Part shown: positions 58,525-64,000 of the stretch, in pieces | Position numbering within the stretch: the stretch's first letter is position 1 | How the letters are laid out: every line of letters begins with the position of its first letter | Source of the DNA: Candidatus Moraniibacteriota bacterium | Lineage (GTDB): Bacteria; Patescibacteriota; Minisyncoccia; Moranbacterales; GCA-2747515 | Reading direction: 5' to 3' | DNA: 64,000 nucleotides | Assembly (NCBI GenBank): GCA_040772365.1 | Contig: JAXGYI010000007.1 | Coordinates: 5,752 to 69,751 of the forward strand | Made by a program: the position numbers and the translations under genes | Notes under the pieces: generated by a model | What the model was told of the DNA's origin: nothing | Database searches by the model: none | Seen by the model: only the letters and a program-made list of their open reading frames with translations

Positions 58525-59994
58525 ATGAAAACACCCCTACCCCGACGCCTCTTCTTCTGGACGCTGGTTGCGTCATACATCTGTATGACGACACTGGTTT
58601 TACTCTACGTCTTCGGTTATCACCGAGATTTTGCCGCAAAAATTTTTGTCTACACAGGATCTATTAGCATTAAAACCAATCCATCCAACACCACGATTCT
58701 CATCGATGGTCACAGCCCGCGCTCCCGCCTCATAAACATCATCAACAACACCTATCACATCCGCAACTTACGTGCACGTAAATACACCGTTACCGTCACA
58801 GCTGATGGCTACAAGCCGTGGTATAAAGAGGCAATTGTCCACAGTGGTGTAGCAACAGAATTCTGGAATGTGATTTTGGTACGTGATACCTATGAACGCA
58901 CATACTATAACCTCGATCACGTTGACACTTTTTTCCCGGCACCGAAAGAACACCTCTTTGCCGCAACACGCCAGGTTAATAACTTACATACCGTACGTAT
59001 TTTTAACGTTGATACTGACACAACAACACATACGTTTCTCTTTAGTGATATGCGCTTCACAAGCGATCCGCGCGCAAATATTGAGTGGTCTCCGGATAGT
59101 CGCGCTATCGCCATTCCACTGGAAAAAACGGCAGATGGTACTTCAGATTACGCTGTTGCATTTATGGAAAACAACACGACACACCTTCTCTCACAGATTC
59201 TGCCGCACCCCACGATCCGCGCAGTACGGTGGGATCCCAAGGAAAAGAATTCTCTCTACTATATCGCTGATACCACACTGTACCGCACAGCTCTCAACAC
59301 AGCACAACAACCAGCTATCACAGCACCGACTACTGTCGCTACTGACGTTCTCGCATACGACTTCACGGATGACGGTATCTATATCCTCACGACTACACAC
59401 ACACTTCTCCACGATCGCGATGTGCGTGGCACGAACACAAAAGAGCTCACAACCTTTGATCTTCCACCGACAGCACGTGACGTACGCTTAGATGCCTATG
59501 ACAATACGCGCATCATCGTTCTCAATGATACCGATCACGAACTCTTCCTCTACAATCGCGGCGCATACAACATCTATAAGAAAAAACTTTCTCACAATAT
59601 TGTAGGCGCGCACTTCTCCGATGATGGGAAAAAACTCCTCTACTACTCACCCTTCGAAATCTTCATCTACTACACACGTGATTGGGACGCACAGCCGCAG
59701 CCAAAGGAAGACACTGTGCAGCCTATCATTCGCTACAGCCAAGTGTTAGATAATATCAACTTCTCCAAAGACTATGCGCACGTCCTCTATACTGTTGGCA
59801 CAGATCTCAAGATTACAGAACTAGATAATCGCGCCGGCACAACAACAGAAACCATCCTCACAACGCACACTGCGCAAACAAAAATGATCAATCGTCATAA
59901 GCAAAACCTACTCTACATCATTGACCGTGATGACGATATGCCACGGCGACTACAATCCATCGTATTCCCTGAAAAGCAGTTTTTGCAATTCTAG
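58525..59994 (+). CDS. Membrane-anchored PEGA-domain plus beta-propeller (TolB-like) protein
   Basis: N-terminal TM segment. PEGA-like segment YTVTVTADGYKPWYKEAIV. A long C-terminal region has repeated aromatic/Asp-rich beta-strand motifs. A terminator follows. Confidence 0.45.
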   Translation: MKTPLPRRLFFWTLVASYICMTTLVLLYVFGYHRDFAAKIFVYTGSISIKTNPSNTTILIDGHSPRSRLINIINNTYHIRNLRARKYTVTVTADGYKPWYKEAIVHSGVATEFWNVILVRDTYERTYYNLDHVDTFFPAPKEHLFAATRQVNNLHTVRIFNVDTDTTTHTFLFSDMRFTSDPRANIEWSPDSRAIAIPLEKTADGTSDYAVAFMENNTTHLLSQILPHPTIRAVRWDPKEKNSLYYIADTTLYRTALNTAQQPAITAPTTVATDVLAYDFTDDGIYILTTTHTLLHDRDVRGTNTKELTTFDLPPTARDVRLDAYDNTRIIVLNDTDHELFLYNRGAYNIYKKKLSHNIVGAHFSDDGKKLLYYSPFEIFIYYTRDWDAQPQPKEDTVQPIIRYSQVLDNINFSKDYAHVLYTVGTDLKITELDNRAGTTTETILTTHTAQTKMINRHKQNLLYIIDRDDDMPRRLQSIVFPEKQFLQF

Positions 59995-60012
59995 CACAAG
60001 TCATCATCCACA

Positions 60013-60050
60013 ATCAAAAACAGGAATGGACCACTGCCAATCCTGTTTTT
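60013..60050. terminator. Bidirectional rho-independent terminator between the PEGA gene (+) and tRNA-Ile (-)
   Basis: AAAAACAGGAaTGG-accactg-CCAaTCCTGTTTTTT. Confidence 0.55.
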
Positions 60051-60063
60051 TACTGCTACTGCC

Positions 60064-60137
60064 GTGGGCGATCGAAGACTTGAACTTCGGACCTCGTCAT
60101 TATCAGTGACGCGCTCTAACCACCTGAGCTAATCGCC
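60064..60137 (-). tRNA. tRNA-Ile (anticodon GAU)
   Basis: Acceptor GGGCGAT/ATCGCCC. Anticodon stem CGTCA/TGACG, loop CTGATAA. T-arm CGAAG-TTCAAGT-CTTCG. Discriminator A. Confidence 0.8.
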
Positions 60138-60170
60138 CAAAACACCCTCACGTTATCACAGCCTGCCATT

Positions 60171-60243
60171 GTGGACCGAACAGGACTTGAACCCGCTACC
60201 TCCTCGGTGCAAACGAGGCGCTCTACCAGATGAGCTATCGGCC
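60171..60243 (-). tRNA. tRNA-Ala (anticodon UGC), with the G3:U70 identity pair
   Basis: Acceptor GGGCCGA/TCGGTCC, which gives a G3-U70 wobble. Anticodon stem CCTCG/CGAGG, loop TTTGCAC. T-arm GGGTTCAAGTCC context. Confidence 0.8.
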
Positions 60244-60308
60244 CAAAAAATTTAATACAAGGCTTATTATATCAAAAACAGAAAATAACGCAAGAGTCCT
60301 AGCATGCC

Positions 60309-60551
60309 TCATTGCACAACATATACCTTGTGTCGCGAGGTGTGCCCACGCACAATACACACCCTGCTTTTCGCCACCTGTAAATGTGCAGCAAGCAAAG
60401 CGGCAACAGCGGTATTAGCCTTGCCATCGGTTGGCGTAGCAGTGGTACGTACCACATACGTCCCGTCTGGCGCAGCTGTCACGCTACTCTCCTTGCTACG
60501 CGGCACAACCTTCACATGTACTTTTCTTCCCTCACTTTTTCGTGTGCGCAT
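60309..60551 (-). CDS. DUF167 (YggU/UPF0235) family protein
   Basis: VKVVPRSKESSVTAAPDGTYVVRTTATPTDGKANTAVAALLAAHLQVAKSRVCIVRGHTSRHKVYVV matches the DUF167 pattern. Confidence 0.5.
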   Translation of the reverse strand: MRTRKSEGRKVHVKVVPRSKESSVTAAPDGTYVVRTTATPTDGKANTAVAALLAAHLQVAKSRVCIVRGHTSRHKVYVVQ

Positions 60552-60565
60552 GATGTCGTATTGTA

Positions 60566-61021
60566 TTACTCTTTCATCATCTCCGCAATGACACGCTGGA
60601 AGCTGTCCGCACTGCCGATGGACTTGTACACACTGGCAAAGCGAATAAACGCCACGTCATCCACGTCGCGCAGCTTGTCCATAATGATCTTGCCAATCGT
60701 GCGACTTTTGATTTCGCGCTTCTCCTTGGCTTGGATAGCATATTCAATATCCGTGATCAGTTTCTGGATACGCTCCTCCGACACAGGACGCTTCTCTAGC
60801 GCCTTGCGCAGTCCGCCTTCAATCTTGTCGCGGTCATATTCTTCCACGGCGCCATCGCGCTTGATCACACGCAAACGCAAAATCTCTACTTCCTCATATG
60901 TCGTAAATCGCTGCGCACATTTCAAACACTCACGTCGCCGACGCACCGCACGTCCGCGCTTTACCATCCGTGAATCCAACACCTTCGTTCCGTATGGCTT
61001 TTTACAAAAAATACACTGCAT
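60566..61021 (-). CDS. nrdR: Transcriptional repressor NrdR
   Basis: MQCIFCKKPYGTKVLDSR...RRRRECLKC.RFTTYEEVE (zinc ribbon) followed by an ATP-cone. Confidence 0.85.
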   Translation of the reverse strand: MQCIFCKKPYGTKVLDSRMVKRGRAVRRRRECLKCAQRFTTYEEVEILRLRVIKRDGAVEEYDRDKIEGGLRKALEKRPVSEERIQKLITDIEYAIQAKEKREIKSRTIGKIIMDKLRDVDDVAFIRFASVYKSIGSADSFQRVIAEMMKE

Positions 61022-61155
61022 ACTGTGGCATTGATACTACCTTACCACAACAAGTATACATGATACTGAATATGATTGCAAAAATATACCACCTGTTGTA
61101 GAATAATGGCAATCAAAACGTTACTTTAACATCAAGACTACCTGGGAGACCTGTC

Positions 61156-61428
61156 ATGAAAACGAAATTCCCTGCAACAGTGGAGATGCACAAGCACGTT
61201 AAAAAGTATAGTCCTGCAACGGCACAGAGGCTACGCAATTTAATCGCAGCACTACACCGTCCACTAGCACCCCTATCAACGTACAGTACCACAACAGATG
61301 AAGTGGTGCAGACTGTTACAGATCTCTATCTTAGTTCAGCCGAAAACTACAATGGGGATTTGGTTTTTCAGTTCCGTAGAGAAATCTACGGACTGCATGA
61401 CATGTACATCATGCAGCGCAGCAATTGA
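61156..61428 (+). CDS. Hypothetical small protein (90 aa)
   Basis: ORF only. Confidence 0.3.
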   Translation: MKTKFPATVEMHKHVKKYSPATAQRLRNLIAALHRPLAPLSTYSTTTDEVVQTVTDLYLSSAENYNGDLVFQFRREIYGLHDMYIMQRSN

Positions 61429-61478
61429 TATATAGGTATATCTACCCTACCGCCATCATGCACACATGAGGCGGTTTT

Positions 61479-62714
61479 TTATTTTTCCCGTAGATACTTT
61501 TTCCCCACAAGCTCTTCCGGTAAAAATGTCTGTACCGCATTCTCCTCTTCCGTCGCCAGCGGCGTATACTTATAATCCTTGCCGTAGTCAAGATCTTTCA
61601 TGAGTTTCGTCGGCGCATTGCGGATGTGCAACGGCACGGGGAGATTGCCACGTTCGCGTACATCCGACGTGGCAGCGTTATATCCTTCGTACACGGCAAT
61701 ACTCTTCTTGCTCTTCGCCATATACACCACCGCCTGCGCAAGATTTACCCCACACTCCGGCATCCCAATAAAGCGACATGCATCATATGCCGCAACCGCC
61801 TGCGGCAAGGCAAAGGAATTCGCCATGCCGATGTCCTCCGATGCGAAGCGGATGATGCGCCGCGCGATATAGAGTGGATCCTCCCCGCCAACAAGCATGC
61901 GCGCAAGATAGTAGAGTGCCGCATCCGCATCACCGCCACGCATAGACTTGTGCAAGGCGGAAATAACATTGTAGTGCTCCTCTCCGTTTTTATCATAGAG
62001 CAGATGCGCCTGCTGCATCGCCTGTTCAATATGCGCCTTTGTCACTGTGACCTTTTTTGGATTGTGCACATGTGCAAGATGCACGGCAACCTCCAGCGCA
62101 TTGAGCAGCGATCGCGCGTCACCGTTTGCCATCATCGCTGCATAGGCGCGCACCGATTGTGCCATTGTCACTCGCGACACACCAAGTAGCTCGTCCGACC
62201 GTTGCAGCACGGTTGCAAGAATGCGCTCCAGCGCCTCCGGCGTTAGCGCGTGCAACGTGAACACACGCGCACGCGACAGTAGCGCGTTATTGACATTAAA
62301 ACTGGGATTCTCCGTCGTTGCCCCAATAAAAATAATCGTACCATTTTCCACGCTTGGCAAAAACGCATCCTGTTGCGCCTTGTTGAAGCGATGAACCTCA
62401 TCAATAAACAGGATCGTCCGCGTCCCCAGCCGCGCATAGCTCGCAGCGTCATCAATTGCCGCACGTACATCCTTGACGCCAGCATTGATGGCAGAAAGCT
62501 GCACGAAATGTGCCGCCGTGACGCGGGCAATAATTCGCGCCAGCGTAGTCTTACCCGTACCGGGCGGTCCCCATAAAATCAGTGACGGAATTGAGTCAGA
62601 GGCGATCAGTGTACGCAACACACCATCATCCCCCACAAGGTGATCTTGCCCATAAAAATCGTCTAATGTTGTCGGTCGCATGCGCTCAGCAAGCGGCACC
62701 GTATGCTGCACCAT
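61479..62714 (-). CDS. rarA: Replication-associated recombination protein A (AAA+ ATPase RarA/MgsA)
   Basis: LAERMRP N-terminus, Walker [16 protein letters not shown] and Walker [13 protein letters not shown]. The ORF track start at 62807 would leave only 12 nt before the divergent relA gene. The start at about 62714 ([14 protein letters not shown]) is preferred. Confidence 0.8.
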   Translation of the reverse strand: MVQHTVPLAERMRPTTLDDFYGQDHLVGDDGVLRTLIASDSIPSLILWGPPGTGKTTLARIIARVTAAHFVQLSAINAGVKDVRAAIDDAASYARLGTRTILFIDEVHRFNKAQQDAFLPSVENGTIIFIGATTENPSFNVNNALLSRARVFTLHALTPEALERILATVLQRSDELLGVSRVTMAQSVRAYAAMMANGDARSLLNALEVAVHLAHVHNPKKVTVTKAHIEQAMQQAHLLYDKNGEEHYNVISALHKSMRGGDADAALYYLARMLVGGEDPLYIARRIIRFASEDIGMANSFALPQAVAAYDACRFIGMPECGVNLAQAVVYMAKSKKSIAVYEGYNAATSDVRERGNLPVPLHIRNAPTKLMKDLDYGKDYKYTPLATEEENAVQTFLPEELVGKKYLREK

Positions 62715-62819
62715 AGTACGTGTATTATGCCACATCATCGCCAAAAATGCGACGCTTGTCAAAGTGCACATGAAAACGTATAGTGAAAGTATAATGCATC
62801 TTGTCATTTTACTGCACCT

Positions 62820-64000
62820 ATGCCCCTCCTCACAAAATCATCTACTCCAATTACGCAACTAGAAGATGTCTTCACAGCATTCAAAACACCGCCAAGTAGC
62901 GATGCGCGCAAATTGATTGCGCGCGCCTATGAGTTTGCGGCAATCGCACATGCCGATCAAAAGCGCGCCAACGGCGATCCCTACATCACGCACTGCCTTG
63001 CTACCGGTGCAATTTTAGCGCGAATCGGCATGGACGCACGTACTGTTGCCGCCGGTATCATGCATGATGTCCCAGAAGACACATCCGTTACACTTGCAGA
63101 GATTAAAGAAAAGTTTGGTCCAGATATCGCACAAATGATTGAAGGCATCACAAAACTCGGACGCATAAAATTGCGCGGTACAAAAGAAGAATACAAACTA
63201 GAAAACTGGCGTCGCATGTTCCTCGCCATGGGATCTGATATTCGCACCGTGATCATCAAACTTGCCGATCGTACGCACAACATGCACACCTTGGGCAATC
63301 TCCGTCCTGATAAACAAAAACGTATTGCGCATGAAACCATGGAGATCTACGTTCCTATCGCTAGCCGCCTCGGCATCGGCGAAATTCGCGGTGAACTTAC
63401 TGACCTGTGCTTTATGTATCTCATGCCAGAAGAATACACCAAAACAAAACTTCTGAGCGACACGAAGATCAAAGAGAAGGAGCGTTACGTAGACACGGCA
63501 ATCACAGAAATCGGTATTGCCCTCAAGAATGAAGGTGTCACAGCCATCGATATTCATGGGCGTGCAAAAAATATCTATAGCCTCTACGTCAAATTACAAC
63601 GCTACGATATGGATATTAACCGAATCTATGATCTGGTCGCACTGCGTATTATCGTTGGCAGTGTTGCTGACTGCTATGAGACACTCGGTATTGTCCATAA
63701 GAAATACCACCCCATGATCGGTCGCATCAAAGACTACATCTCTCTTCCTAAGCCCAATGGCTATCAATCACTACACACCACTGTCTTTGGTCCGGACGGC
63801 CGACTCCTAGAAGTACAGATCCGCACGCAGAAAATGCATGATGAGGCGGAATTTGGAATTGCTGCACATTGGCTCTACGAATCGCGTAAAAAAACCGGAT
63901 GGAAAAATTATTTCCTTCCGAAGAAAGATGACGTGTCCACCAAAGAAGTTGAGTGGGTCAAGCAGCTGCAGGAGTGGCAGAAAGAGTTGGGCAATAATCC
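62820..64000 (+). CDS. relA: Bifunctional (p)ppGpp synthetase/hydrolase RelA/SpoT family. 3' end lies outside the window.
   Basis: Frame 0 is open from the ATG at 62820 to the window end. HD hydrolase motifs (HDVPED, DRTHNMHTL) and synthetase motifs (DLVALRIIV, KDYISLPKPNGYQSLHTTV) are present. It is not on the ORF track because no stop falls inside the window. Confidence 0.8.
   Translation, partial: MPLLTKSSTPITQLEDVFTAFKTPPSSDARKLIARAYEFAAIAHADQKRANGDPYITHCLATGAILARIGMDARTVAAGIMHDVPEDTSVTLAEIKEKFGPDIAQMIEGITKLGRIKLRGTKEEYKLENWRRMFLAMGSDIRTVIIKLADRTHNMHTLGNLRPDKQKRIAHETMEIYVPIASRLGIGEIRGELTDLCFMYLMPEEYTKTKLLSDTKIKEKERYVDTAITEIGIALKNEGVTAIDIHGRAKNIYSLYVKLQRYDMDINRIYDLVALRIIVGSVADCYETLGIVHKKYHPMIGRIKDYISLPKPNGYQSLHTTVFGPDGRLLEVQIRTQKMHDEAEFGIAAHWLYESRKKTGWKNYFLPKKDDVSTKEVEWVKQLQEWQKELGNN

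Noticed and set aside
62981-63340. 119-aa minus-strand ORF
   Set aside because: Antisense shadow inside the relA/spoT HD domain coding region.
1-64000. CRISPR arrays, rRNA genes, IS elements, integrases
   Set aside because: Scanning for spaced direct repeats, transposase or integrase motifs and rRNA-like conserved blocks found nothing. The only tandem repeat is the 18-nt duplication inside ORF 24914.

Overview
This 64-kb window looks like part of a small, streamlined bacterial genome. The ribosomal cluster runs tuf-rpsJ...rpsE-rplO with rpsE abutting rplO, so there is no L30 gene (rpmD), and no secY follows rplO; both are known traits of Candidate Phyla Radiation (Patescibacteria) genomes, but the lineage call is inference. 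The window contains four kinds of content. (1) Housekeeping and cell-envelope genes: a 5'-truncated metallophosphoesterase, hisS, def-fmt, a tandem-rhodanese protein, ftsEX, prfB carrying the canonical programmed +1 frameshift, tRNA-Thr, a SEDS FtsW/RodA protein, trmD, rplJ-rplL, rpsP, ddl, a thymidylate-kinase-like protein, ndk, a 3-methyladenine glycosylase, nrdR, rarA and the 5' part of relA/spoT. (2) A long ribosomal-protein cluster on the minus strand (tuf, rpsJ, a 353-nt spacer, rplC, rplD, rplW, rplB, rpsS, rplV, rpsC, rplP, rpmC, rpsQ, rplN, rplX, rplE, S14, rpsH, rplF, rplR, rpsE, rplO, terminator). (3) What I read as a large lipid-linked cell-surface glycosylation system. One module carries a UDP-sugar dehydrogenase, a GtrB-like GT2 polyprenyl-phosphate sugar synthase, two GT4 enzymes and a large polytopic membrane protein. 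A second module carries a MOP flippase and five tandem GT-C (PMT/ArnT-like) paralogs, plus a soluble GT2 and a DedA-family protein. (4) Many small lineage-specific hypothetical genes, several bracketed by clear SD sites and rho-independent terminators, a standalone RtcB RNA ligase homolog, and an Ala/Ile tRNA pair outside any rRNA operon. There are no CRISPR arrays, rRNA genes or obvious mobile elements. Coordinates of short motifs were read by eye and may be off by 1-2 nt.
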